Shown here: positions 29,700-38,357 of the stretch, in pieces | How the letters are laid out: every line of letters starts with the position of its first letter | Numbering within the stretch: the stretch's first letter is position 1 | Assembly (NCBI GenBank): GCA_965203445.1 | Contig: OZ241883.1 | Location: forward strand, 224,001 to 288,000 | Direction of reading: 5' to 3' | Source of the DNA: Candidatus Oxydemutator sp. | GTDB lineage: Bacteria > Pseudomonadota > Gammaproteobacteria > Poriferisulfidales > Oxydemutatoraceae | Length of the DNA: 64,000 nucleotides | Translations under genes and position numbers: made by a program | Notes under the pieces: generated by a model | What the model saw: the letters and a program-made list of their open reading frames with translations, nothing else | Databases searched by the model: none | Told to the model about the DNA's origin: nothing

Positions 29700-30440
29700 T
29701 CAGAGCTTGAAAGCCCGGTGCACCGAGGCGATGCCGCCGGCCAGGTTGAAACAGCGGCAGTCCGCGAAACCGGCGCGCGTTATGCGCTCGCCCAACTCGC
29801 GCTGATCGGGATGCCTGCGGATGGACTCGACCAGGTAGCGGTAGCTACCCTCGTCGCCGGCGACGACGCGCCCGAGCAGCGGGATCACGCGGAACGAATA
29901 CCAGTCGTAGGCGGCGCGCAGCGCCGGCGACGGTCTCGAGAAATCGAGCACGACGAAGCGTCCGCCCGGTTTCAGCACGCGGTGCACCGAGGCCATCGCG
30001 GCGTCCTTGCGCGTGACGTTGCGCAGCCCGAAGGCCATCATCACGCAGTCGAAACGGTCGTCGGCGAACGGCAGATTCTCGGCGTCGCAGCGCACGCAGC
30101 CGGGCGCGGCGACGCCGGCGTCGAGCAGGCGCGCGCGCGCGCGCCGCAGCATCGCCCCGTTGACGTCGGCGACGACGAGTTCGCCGCGCTCGCCGAGACG
30201 TTTGCGCATCCTCAGGGCGACGTCGCCGGTGCCGCCGGCGAGGTCGAGAACGCGCTGTCCCGGGCGCACGCCCGCGACCGCCGCGGCGAAACGTTTCCAC
30301 GCCCGGTGCGCGCCGAACGACATCAGGTCGTTCATCAGATCGTAGCGGTGCGCGACCGAGTCGAACACGCCCGCGACCAGCCTGCCCTTCTCGGCGAGGC
30401 CGACCGTGCGGTAGCCGAAGTGCGTGGTTTTGCGTTCCAT
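29700..30440 (-). CDS. ubiE: Ubiquinone/menaquinone C-methyltransferase
   Basis: THFGY...VFDSVAHRYDLMNDLMSFG, VLDLAGGTGD, FGLRNVT, SYRYLVESIRRHP. Confidence 0.96.
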   Translation of the reverse strand: MERKTTHFGYRTVGLAEKGRLVAGVFDSVAHRYDLMNDLMSFGAHRAWKRFAAAVAGVRPGQRVLDLAGGTGDVALRMRKRLGERGELVVADVNGAMLRRARARLLDAGVAAPGCVRCDAENLPFADDRFDCVMMAFGLRNVTRKDAAMASVHRVLKPGGRFVVLDFSRPSPALRAAYDWYSFRVIPLLGRVVAGDEGSYRYLVESIRRHPDQRELGERITRAGFADCRCFNLAGGIASVHRAFKL

Positions 30441-30465
30441 CCCGAGGCGCGCGACGGCGCGGCGC

Positions 30466-30837
30466 TCAATTCAGCCGGTGTTCCTTGCGCCGGTGGCCGG
30501 CCTCGCGCAAGCGCTCGAGATAACGCCGCCAGCGCGCGTCGTGCTCGACGCCGAGCCGGTAGAGATAATCCCAGGTGTAGATGCCGCTGTCGTGGCCGTC
30601 GTCGAACGCAAGCTTCACCGCGTAATGGCCGACCGGCTCGACCGCGACGATCGCGACGTCCTCCTTGCCGACCTGCAACACCTCCTGCCCCGGCCCGTGC
30701 CCGGCGACCTCGGCCGACGGCGAATGGACGCGCAGGTATTCGCACGTCAGCTTGAAGTTGCGCCCGTCCTCGAAAGTCAGCTCGAGCACGCGCGACGCGC
30801 GGTGCAGGTGGATCTCCGACGGTTGCACGGTGCTCAT
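30466..30837 (-). CDS. DUF971 / gamma-butyrobetaine hydroxylase-like N-terminal domain protein
   Basis: EYLRVHSPSAEV.GHG, VGHYAVKLAFDDGHDSGIYTW; usual position between hslU and ubiE. Confidence 0.9.
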   Translation of the reverse strand: MSTVQPSEIHLHRASRVLELTFEDGRNFKLTCEYLRVHSPSAEVAGHGPGQEVLQVGKEDVAIVAVEPVGHYAVKLAFDDGHDSGIYTWDYLYRLGVEHDARWRRYLERLREAGHRRKEHRLN

Positions 30838-30850
30838 CGCGACGCTCCGA

Positions 30851-32167
30851 TCACAGTATGTAGCGGCTCAAATCGCGGTCGCGAGCGAGGTCCGCCAAGC
30901 GCCGGTTGACGTAGTCCACGTCCACCACCAGTTTGCCGCCGCTGTTGTCGGGGGCCGCGAACGAAGCCTCCTCGAGCAGGCGCTCCATCACCGTGTGCAG
31001 GCGGCGCGCGCCGATGTTCTCGGTGTGCTGGTTGATGTCGTAGGCGATGGCGGCAATCGTCTCCACGGCCTCGTCGGTGAACTCGATGGCCAGGTCCTCG
31101 GTGCCGAGCAACTCGCGGTACTGCCGGATCAGCGACACGTCCGGCTCGACCAGGATGCGCACGAACGCGGCGGCGTCCAGCGGCCCCAGCTCGACGCGGA
31201 TCGGCAGGCGCCCCTGCAATTCGGGTATCAGGTCGGACGGCTTCGAGAAATGGAACGCGCCCGAGGCGATGAACAACACGTGGTCGGTCTTGATCATGCC
31301 GTATTTGGTGCTGACGGTGCTGCCCTCTATCAACGGCAACAGGTCGCGCTGCACGCCCTCGCGCGAGACCTCGCCGCCGACGCCGTGGTCGCGCTTTGCG
31401 AGTTTGTCGAGCTCGTCCAGGAACACGATGCCCCGCTGCTCGACGTTTTCGACCGCGGCCGCTTGCAGCTCGTCGTCGTTGACCATTTTTTCGGCCTCTT
31501 CCTGGGCCAGGGCCTTCAGCGCGTTGGCGACGCTCATGCGCCGTTCCTGCTTGTGCTCGCCGCCGAGGCTCTTGAAGACCTTCTGGATCTGCTGCGAGAT
31601 GGCCTCGGCGCCGGGCGGCGACATGACCTCGACGTTGACCGACGTGGCGCCCACGTCTATCTTCAAGTCGGCGTCGTCGAGATCGCCCTCGCGCAGGCGC
31701 GCGCGCAACCGCTGGCGCGCGTCGTCGTCGTCGCGCCGACCATGGCGCGGATTCTGCTCCATCAGCGCGTCGAGCACCCGCTCCTCGGCCAAATCCTGGG
31801 CGCGGTGCGAATTCCTGCGGTTGGCGTGCTCGCGCGCGTCCTTGACCGCGACGTCGGCCAGGTCGCGGACGATGGACTCGACGTCGCGCCCGACGTAGCC
31901 GACCTCGGTGAACTTCGTCGCCTCGACCTTGATGAACGGCGCGTCGGCGAGGCGCGCCAGGCGCCTTGCGATCTCGGTCTTGCCGACGCCGGTCGGCCCC
32001 ATCATCAGGATGTTTTTCGGCGTGATCTCGTCGCGCAGATGCCGCTCCAGCTGCATCCTGCGCCAGCGATTGCGCAGCGCGATTGCGACCGCGCGCTTGG
32101 CGTCGTCCTGCCCGATGATGTGCTTGTCGAGCTCCTGCACGATTTCCCTGGGCGTCATGACCGACAC
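30851..32167 (-). CDS. hslU: ATP-dependent protease ATPase subunit HslU
   Basis: [58 protein letters not shown]. Confidence 0.97.
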   Translation of the reverse strand: MSVMTPREIVQELDKHIIGQDDAKRAVAIALRNRWRRMQLERHLRDEITPKNILMMGPTGVGKTEIARRLARLADAPFIKVEATKFTEVGYVGRDVESIVRDLADVAVKDAREHANRRNSHRAQDLAEERVLDALMEQNPRHGRRDDDDARQRLRARLREGDLDDADLKIDVGATSVNVEVMSPPGAEAISQQIQKVFKSLGGEHKQERRMSVANALKALAQEEAEKMVNDDELQAAAVENVEQRGIVFLDELDKLAKRDHGVGGEVSREGVQRDLLPLIEGSTVSTKYGMIKTDHVLFIASGAFHFSKPSDLIPELQGRLPIRVELGPLDAAAFVRILVEPDVSLIRQYRELLGTEDLAIEFTDEAVETIAAIAYDINQHTENIGARRLHTVMERLLEEASFAAPDNSGGKLVVDVDYVNRRLADLARDRDLSRYIL

Positions 32168-32206
32168 GATGCTCTCCTAGATGATCTCGTTTGTTTTTGG
32201 ACGCGG

Positions 32207-32740
32207 CTACAGCCGTTCGACGACCAGTTCGCCGTTGGTGTAGATGCAGATGTCGGCGGCTATCAGCAGCGACTCGCGCACCACGGCTTCGGCGTCGAGC
32301 GTCGAATGCCGCAGCAGCGCGTGCGCCGCGGCGCGCGCGTAATTACCGCCCGAACCTATCGCAATCAGATTGTCTTCCGGTTCGATGACGTCGCCGGTGC
32401 CGGAGACTATCAGCGACGACGCCTCGTCGGCGACCGCAAGCAACGCCTCCAGGCGGCGCAGGCTGCGGTCGGTACGCCAGTCCTTCGCCAACTCGACCGC
32501 GGCGCGCATCAACTGCCCGCCGTACTCCTGCAACTTGTTCTCGAAGCGCTCGAACAGCGTAAAAGCATCGGCGGTGCCGCCGGCAAAGCCGGCCAGCACG
32601 CGGTCGCCGTACAGCCGTCGCACCTTGCGCGCGTTGCGTTTGACCACCGTGTCCCCCATCGAGACCTGGCCGTCGCCACCCATGACGACGCAACCGTCGC
32701 CGCGCACCGACAAAACCGTAGTACCGTGGAAGGTCTCCAT
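32207..32740 (-). CDS. hslV: ATP-dependent protease peptidase subunit HslV
   Basis: GTTVLSVR...[29 protein letters not shown]. Confidence 0.97.
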   Translation of the reverse strand: METFHGTTVLSVRGDGCVVMGGDGQVSMGDTVVKRNARKVRRLYGDRVLAGFAGGTADAFTLFERFENKLQEYGGQLMRAAVELAKDWRTDRSLRRLEALLAVADEASSLIVSGTGDVIEPEDNLIAIGSGGNYARAAAHALLRHSTLDAEAVVRESLLIAADICIYTNGELVVERL

Positions 32741-32776
32741 CGAGGGGATTATATACGCAGCGCAAAAATCCCCGTG

Positions 32777-33388
32777 TCAGATCGGCAGGTTCGAAACGTA
32801 GGCCGCGGCGGCGACGACGGTGCCGATGAAGGCAATCAGCGTCATCACGTTCCACCGGATTATCCGCGACTCCAGGTCGGATATTCTCCGGTCGAGACGC
32901 AGCTCCACGCCCATGATCTGTCTTTCGAGATCGGCGCGCAGGGCCACCCCGTCGGCGCGCACCTCGGAACGCAGCACGCCCATCTCGGAACGCAGCGCGT
33001 CCATCTCGGAATGCAACACGCCCATCTCGGAACGCAGCGCGTCCATCTCGGAATGCAACACGCCCATCTCGGAACGCAGCGCGTCCATCTCGGAACGCAG
33101 CACGTCCATCTCGGAACGCAGCGCGTCCATCTCGGAACGCAACACGCCCATCTCGGAACGCAGCGCGTCCATCTCGGAATGCAACACGCCCATCTCGGAA
33201 CGCAGCGCGTCCATTTCGGAACGCAGCGCGTCCATCTCGGAATGAAGCGAAGCCAGGTCACCGTGAACGGCGGTCATGGCGTTTTCAAACCGGCCGCGTG
33301 TGACCGGTTCGTTCCAGTTCACCGAGGACGCCTCCAGTTGCCCCGTTTGCGGGTTTGTCGGTGTTTCTTTTGTCATTGTTTTTCGCAT
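32777..33388 (-). CDS. Heptad-repeat coiled-coil protein with C-terminal membrane anchor, copy C
   Basis: AAGGAG SD before ATG 33388; WNEPVTRG motif; 13 tandem L[RH]SEM[DG][AV] heptads; IIRWNVMTLIAFIGTVVAAAAYV C-terminus. Confidence 0.8.
   Translation of the reverse strand: MRKTMTKETPTNPQTGQLEASSVNWNEPVTRGRFENAMTAVHGDLASLHSEMDALRSEMDALRSEMGVLHSEMDALRSEMGVLRSEMDALRSEMDVLRSEMDALRSEMGVLHSEMDALRSEMGVLHSEMDALRSEMGVLRSEVRADGVALRADLERQIMGVELRLDRRISDLESRIIRWNVMTLIAFIGTVVAAAAYVSNLPI
32962..33246 (-). repeat. 21-bp tandem repeat (about 13.5 units) encoding the heptads
   Basis: CCATCTCGGAA(C/T)GCA(G/A)C(G/A)CG(T/C) recurs head-to-tail without spacers. Confidence 0.95.
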
Positions 33389-33444
33389 TGCGGTTCTCCT
33401 TGTTGCTCGCGCAAAAAAGAAAACCACTGTGCCGTCGGCAAAGG

Positions 33445-33493
33445 GCAGCATAACCACAACCGGAACAAAAGGCACGCTTTGGCCGACGAACGG
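33445..33493 (-). promoter_or_regulatory. Conserved upstream motif, copy C
   Basis: Minus strand CCGTTCGTCGGCCAAAGCGTGCCTTTTGTTC...TATGCT; the motif starts 102 nt before the ATG at 33388. Confidence 0.6.
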
Positions 33494-33557
33494 TAAAAAG
33501 CCAGTCGGCAAAGGGCCGACCGGCGCGCACAAAGAAACGGGCCGGCCGCCGTCCACG

Positions 33558-34460
33558 TCATCGCCGTTTGCGCGCGCGCGGGTGTGCGCGGTCATATACC
33601 CCGGCGAGATGCTGAAAATCCAGGTGGGTATATACCTGCGTCGTGCCGACGTCGGCGTGACCCAGCAGTTCCTGCACCGCGCGCAGATCGCCGGACGATT
33701 CGAGCACGTGGCTTGCGAACGAGTGGCGCAGCATGTGCGGGTGCAGGCGCCGCGCCAGACCGTGGCGGCGCGCGAACAGGCGCATGCGTATCTGCACCGC
33801 GCGCGCGCCTATGCGCCCGCCGTGGCGGGCCGTGAACAGCGCCGGTTCGGCGGCGCCCGCGCAATCGGCGCGCGCGCGCAGCCACCCGCGTACGGCGTCC
33901 ACCGCGCGCGCGCCGACCGGCGTCTCGCGCTGTTTCGAGCCTTTGCCAGTTACGCGCACCAGGCCGGCGTCGAGGTCGAGGTCGTCCACGTTCAGCGACA
34001 CCAGTTCCGCCAGGCGCAGCCCCGAGGAATACGCAAGCTCGACCATCGCAAGATCGCGCACCGCCAGCGCGTCGCCGGCGGCGGCGGCGCCGTCTAGCAG
34101 GCGCGTGATCTGATCCACGCTCAGCGTCTCGGGCAGGCGCTTGTCCGCGCGCGGCGGCGTGACCGTCTCGGCCGGATTGCGCGGCGCAAGGCCATGCTCG
34201 ACGCAGTAGCCGAAAAAGCGCCGCAGCGACGACAGCTCGCGTTGCAGGGTGCGCGCGCCGATGCCCGCCACGAAGCGCCACGACACGTACTCGCGCACGT
34301 GCTCGTCGCCGACGCGGTTCCACTCGAGGTGCGCGTCCTCGAGGTAGCCGAGAAAACGCCGCACGTCGCGGGCGTACGCGTCGAGCGTGTGCGCCGAGTA
34401 GCCGCGCTCGCCACGCAGCATCTCGAGAAACCGGCGGCAGGCTTCGCGCGGCGGCGTCAC
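33558..34460 (-). CDS. xerC: Tyrosine recombinase XerC
   Basis: SSGLRLAEL, GKGSKQR, HPHMLRHSFASHVLESSGDLRAVQELLGH, TTQVYTH; dapF-DUF484-xerC context. Confidence 0.95.
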   Translation of the reverse strand: MTPPREACRRFLEMLRGERGYSAHTLDAYARDVRRFLGYLEDAHLEWNRVGDEHVREYVSWRFVAGIGARTLQRELSSLRRFFGYCVEHGLAPRNPAETVTPPRADKRLPETLSVDQITRLLDGAAAAGDALAVRDLAMVELAYSSGLRLAELVSLNVDDLDLDAGLVRVTGKGSKQRETPVGARAVDAVRGWLRARADCAGAAEPALFTARHGGRIGARAVQIRMRLFARRHGLARRLHPHMLRHSFASHVLESSGDLRAVQELLGHADVGTTQVYTHLDFQHLAGVYDRAHPRARKRR

Positions 34461-35176
34461 GCGACCAGGCCCTCGCGCCGCGCGCACGCCTTCAGCGCGC
34501 ACCCGATCAGTTCGCCGTACTGCACCAGAAACATCGTGCCCTTGCCGGCGCGGAAACTGTCGCCGTCGGCGCTGCCGAGCGCCAGCAGGCCGAAACAATC
34601 GTCGCCGCCGGCGAGCGGCGCGACCACGGCCGAGGCGACGCGCCGCGCGAAATGGCCGAACAACGACAGCTTGATCGGGTCGTCGAACGGCCCGCAGTCG
34701 GGCTTGCCGGCCGCGGCCAGCGCGCGCAGCAGGCGCACGACCCTGGCGTCGCCGCCGTCGTCACCCAGGCCGTCCTGCGCGTCGTAGCGGCGCACCAGCC
34801 GGATCACGACCTGGTTGCCGGGCAGCCGGCGCCGCAGTTCGGCGCGCGCCACGGCGGCGACCTCGCGCGGCGTGTCCGCGTCCATCAGTCTCAGCGACAG
34901 GCGGTGCAGGCCGATGCCCAGGTTCTCGTTGGCGCGCGCGGTTTCGATGAGCGCGTCGAGCCGCTCCTTCAGCTCGCCGTTCTTGCCGCGCAACAGCGCG
35001 ACCTGTTTCTCGATGAGCGACGGTATCCTGACGCCGCCATCTTCCGCGTCGCGCACGCGCCCCAGTTCGAGGCTTTCAAGCAGGGCCGCGTGGCGCTCGA
35101 AAAAGGAGGGGTTTTCGCGCAGGTAGCGCGCGACTTCCGCGTCGCGCCGCGCGCCGTCGGCACCTTGCGCGCTCAT
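34457..35176 (-). CDS. DUF484 family protein (YigA-like)
   Basis: VARYLRENPSFFERH, SLIEKQVALLR, GTMFL; lies between dapF and xerC. Confidence 0.88.
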   Translation of the reverse strand: MSAQGADGARRDAEVARYLRENPSFFERHAALLESLELGRVRDAEDGGVRIPSLIEKQVALLRGKNGELKERLDALIETARANENLGIGLHRLSLRLMDADTPREVAAVARAELRRRLPGNQVVIRLVRRYDAQDGLGDDGGDARVVRLLRALAAAGKPDCGPFDDPIKLSLFGHFARRVASAVVAPLAGGDDCFGLLALGSADGDSFRAGKGTMFLVQYGELIGCALKACARREGLVA

Positions 35177-35994
35177 GCCGCCAGCACCCCGTCGTACACG
35201 TGCTCGCACGGTCCGGTCAGCTCGACGCCGCCCTCGTCGCGCGCGACCTCGAGCACGCCGCCCGGCAGGCGCACCTCGACGCGCGCCCCGACCAGGCCGC
35301 GGCCGGCGGCGACCACGGCCGCGGCGCAGGCGCCGCTGCCGCAGGCCGCGGTCTCGCCGACGCCCCTTTCGTACACGCGCAATTCCAGACGGCGTTCATC
35401 AACGCGGCGCATGAAGCCGGCGTTGACGCCGGCGGGAAAACATTCGTGCGCTTGCAGGCGCGCGCCGATCTCGGCGACCGGGCAGTCCTCGAGATCCTCG
35501 ACCTCGGCCACCGCGTGCGGGTTGCCGAAGCCGACCACGCCGAAACGCAAACGCAGGCCGGCGGCGTCGAACGGAAAATCATCGCCGGTGTCGCCGGCGA
35601 AGGGCACGCGCGCGGCGTCAAAAACCGGCGCGCCCATGCCGACGCAGACGCGGCCGTCGTCGCGCACGCGCATCTCGACTATGCGCTCGGCGGTGCGCGC
35701 GCGCAGCGTCGTCTTTTCACTCAGTCCGCGCGCGCGCACGAAGCGCGCGAAGCAGCGCGCGCCGTTGCCGCATTGCGCGACCTCGCGCCCGTCGGCGTTG
35801 AACACGCGGTAGCCGAAATCCACGCCGCCGTCGGGCGGCGCCTCGACCAGCAGCAGCTGATCGAAGCCGACGCCGGTGCGACGGTCGGCCAGCGAGCGCA
35901 CGCGCGCGGCGTCCGGCTCGAACGGGCGCGCGACCGCGTCGACGACCATGAAGTCGTTGCCGAGGCCGTGCATCTTGGCGAATTCGACCGTCAT
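35173..35994 (-). CDS. dapF: Diaminopimelate epimerase
   Basis: KMHGLGNDF, CGNGARC, GNPHAV, ERGVGETAACGSGACA. Confidence 0.97.
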   Translation of the reverse strand: MTVEFAKMHGLGNDFMVVDAVARPFEPDAARVRSLADRRTGVGFDQLLLVEAPPDGGVDFGYRVFNADGREVAQCGNGARCFARFVRARGLSEKTTLRARTAERIVEMRVRDDGRVCVGMGAPVFDAARVPFAGDTGDDFPFDAAGLRLRFGVVGFGNPHAVAEVEDLEDCPVAEIGARLQAHECFPAGVNAGFMRRVDERRLELRVYERGVGETAACGSGACAAAVVAAGRGLVGARVEVRLPGGVLEVARDEGGVELTGPCEHVYDGVLAA

Positions 35995-36057
35995 GGGGAA
36001 ACCGGGGGGAACGGGGGCGGCTGCGACACCCTTGGGATTATACCGGCCGTGCGCGGC

Positions 36058-36738
36058 TCAGCGCACGGCCTCTATGCTCTTGTGCGGCAGGAATATGCCG
36101 CAGCCGAGCTTTTGTCCGTCTCCCAGACCCTGCTGCTGCAAACGCACCGTCTCGTCGAACGTCAGGCCGCCGACCATCAGGCTGGACACCACGATGTCGC
36201 CGTCGGGAACGCGCACGACGCGGCGGCGGCCGCTCATCATTTTGCGCGCGACGATGCCCTTTTGCCGCAACAGGGACGCGGCCCGTTCGAGGAAGGCGTG
36301 TTCACCGCCGTGCGCGGGCGCCGCCAGGCGGCGCGTGAACAGCGTCGTCTCGCGGCTGAGCGGATGCACGGCGGCGGCGCCGACGGCAATCTCGTAGCCG
36401 CCGGCGTCGAGCGTCGCGCCCACGAGAGCGCGCGCGTCATCGAAGCGTTGCTTCGGCAGGCGCAGGCGCAGGCGCGCGCGCCGCGACAGGTGGATCTCGT
36501 CGCGCCCGCCCTGCGGGCGCATCCAGCCGCTGCCCGACTCGGCGCCGTGGATCGAATGGATGGCCGCGAGCGGTTCGTCGTCCAGCCACGGCAATATCTC
36601 GACCAGCGCCCGGTACAGATGCCAAGCGTGGTCCGAAGGCAGGCGGCGGCAGACGACGCGAAAATGCAGGTCGGCGACGTCGTCGGGCACGCGCAACGGC
36701 CGATCTTCTTCGCCCGCCTCTCGCCAATGCGGATTCAT
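36058..36738 (-). CDS. Orphan Cas6-like RAMP protein (Cmx6/type I-MYXAN-like)
   Basis: LPSDHAWHLYRAL...LPWL, LSRRARLRLRLP and the C-terminal Gly-rich loop LQQQGLGDGQKLGCGIFLPHK. No other cas genes or array in the window. Confidence 0.8.
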   Translation of the reverse strand: MNPHWREAGEEDRPLRVPDDVADLHFRVVCRRLPSDHAWHLYRALVEILPWLDDEPLAAIHSIHGAESGSGWMRPQGGRDEIHLSRRARLRLRLPKQRFDDARALVGATLDAGGYEIAVGAAAVHPLSRETTLFTRRLAAPAHGGEHAFLERAASLLRQKGIVARKMMSGRRRVVRVPDGDIVVSSLMVGGLTFDETVRLQQQGLGDGQKLGCGIFLPHKSIEAVR

Positions 36739-36932
36739 CGGACGTTGTCGGCGGCCGAAAAGGCGGCTTCCAGCCGCGCCTCCCAGTCTTCGGGAGTATC
36801 CGCAAACGGCGGGCGCACGTCCATCTCTATGAAAATCTCGCCGGCGCGCGCACGGCTTTTGACGTATTCGACGAGTTCCCCGAAACTAGACCAGTCGCGG
36901 TTGCTCATCAGTGCCTCGCTGATTGCGAGCAT
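36735..36932 (-). CDS. Small conserved protein coupled to the Cas6-like gene
   Basis: 65 aa with MDVRPPFADTPEDWEARLEAAF; ATGA overlap with the cas6 start. Confidence 0.75.
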   Translation of the reverse strand: MLAISEALMSNRDWSSFGELVEYVKSRARAGEIFIEMDVRPPFADTPEDWEARLEAAFSAADNVR

Positions 36933-36935
36933 CGC

Positions 36936-38357
36936 TCAAGTTCGACCCGATTCCGCTTTGGCGACGGGTTTGCCCGCCGGCGCCTTCCTGGCAAGTCGCT
37001 CGACTCTAGTGACGTACAGGGTCTGACCATCGTGGGTGGCCAGCCGCCAGGCGCTGACCGAAATGGACTTGGCGACGGGTCTTGGACGAGACAGCGCAAC
37101 CGCCCGTGCCGTCGTGACACCCAGCTTCAATTCGCACCCGTCGCCGTTGCTTGCGAGTTCCGACAGGATTGACTGCGCTGACGGGGGAGGTGTGACGAGG
37201 CTATGGCCGGCCCTTTGCGGGCCGTCGGCCATTTTGGCCGCCATGGCCTGAAGATACTTCGCATCCTGAACTTGCAGCCAAGGCGACGGCAACCACTCGA
37301 CGCCGGCAAGACATCCCAGCAGGCCGCCGGCCATCGCCGCCAGAGTATCGGTGTCCGCCCCCTTCTCGAAGGCTGCCCTGAGGATGCCTTGAACCGGCTG
37401 CGCCGCGTGTCGCGCCGCAAGGTACGCCGCCGCCGCCGCGCTGCTGGTTCCCGCTCCTTTGGCGCGCCCGAAGCACCCGAGATGCTTAAGAGTCGAGTGA
37501 TCGTCGGCAAGCGCCCCGGCTTGCAGTCCCTTTCGCGCCGCTTCGAGCAGTTCGCGCATTTCGCAAACCGTGTTCTCCCAAAGTTCGCCATAACGACCGT
37601 CCGTCGCCTCCTCCGCCGCCTCGAACCACGCACCGCCCTGGCGCTCGGATTTCGGCAACTGACTCCACTCGGGCGTTTGATCAATCAACAGTTCCAGCAA
37701 TTCGCCGAATCGAAGCGTGCTGCGGTTGCGGGTCAGGCACCAGGCGGCGTAGGCGTATGCCGCCGCCCCGACGAGGGCGCGCGGGTGGCCATGGGTGGCG
37801 GAACCGTCCAAAATCACGTCGTGAATAAGGGTGGCGGCGTTCGCCTGCCCGGCGAGAAACAACGCATGCGGCAGGGCGCGCATGGCCACGCCGTTGCCGC
37901 CGGCCTCAAAGTATTGGCGAACGCTGTTTTTCCGGGTGGACTTCCACGGCGGACACCCGTCGGCCCAAGCTGCGGCGGCGCGCCTGGTGGCGCCGCCGCC
38001 ACCCCGCTCGTACAGCGTCCACAACGGCAGTTCTACGCGAGTGAACGCCTTCCACCAAGCCGGGCCATGGTTCGCCCTGCTACGCGCCACCGCAAGCGTC
38101 AGCTGCGTATCATCGCTGTAGTCTCCGGCGTGAATGACTTCCTCAAACGGATGGAAACGTCCGCCGCTACGCCGCGTCCATTGCGTGAACTCCACCTGAG
38201 GGTTTGCCGAAACGATCTTGCGGACGCTCCCCGGCATCTCTTGCGGCCAGCCCAGCGCGTCGCCGGCGGCCAGCGCCAGAAAGGCGCCCTCGGCCTTCGC
38301 CAGCAGCGACAAACCCGGCCCCCGCGGCTCGTGCCGGCTGCTATCCGGCATTGCCAT
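36936..38357 (-). CDS. ADP-ribosylglycohydrolase (ARH/DraG family)
   Basis: AAGDALGWPQE, YSDDTQLT, GNGVAMR, THGHPRA, GADTDTLAAMAGGLLG; AAGGAG SD 6 nt before ATG 38357. Confidence 0.9.
   Translation of the reverse strand: MAMPDSSRHEPRGPGLSLLAKAEGAFLALAAGDALGWPQEMPGSVRKIVSANPQVEFTQWTRRSGGRFHPFEEVIHAGDYSDDTQLTLAVARSRANHGPAWWKAFTRVELPLWTLYERGGGGATRRAAAAWADGCPPWKSTRKNSVRQYFEAGGNGVAMRALPHALFLAGQANAATLIHDVILDGSATHGHPRALVGAAAYAYAAWCLTRNRSTLRFGELLELLIDQTPEWSQLPKSERQGGAWFEAAEEATDGRYGELWENTVCEMRELLEAARKGLQAGALADDHSTLKHLGCFGRAKGAGTSSAAAAAYLAARHAAQPVQGILRAAFEKGADTDTLAAMAGGLLGCLAGVEWLPSPWLQVQDAKYLQAMAAKMADGPQRAGHSLVTPPPSAQSILSELASNGDGCELKLGVTTARAVALSRPRPVAKSISVSAWRLATHDGQTLYVTRVERLARKAPAGKPVAKAESGRT

Noticed and set aside
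32962-33246. 21-bp periodic repeat as a CRISPR array
   Set aside because: Head-to-tail units without unique spacers; it encodes in-frame heptads.
33558-34460. Phage or island integrase
   Set aside because: Sequence and dapF-DUF484 context identify housekeeping XerC.
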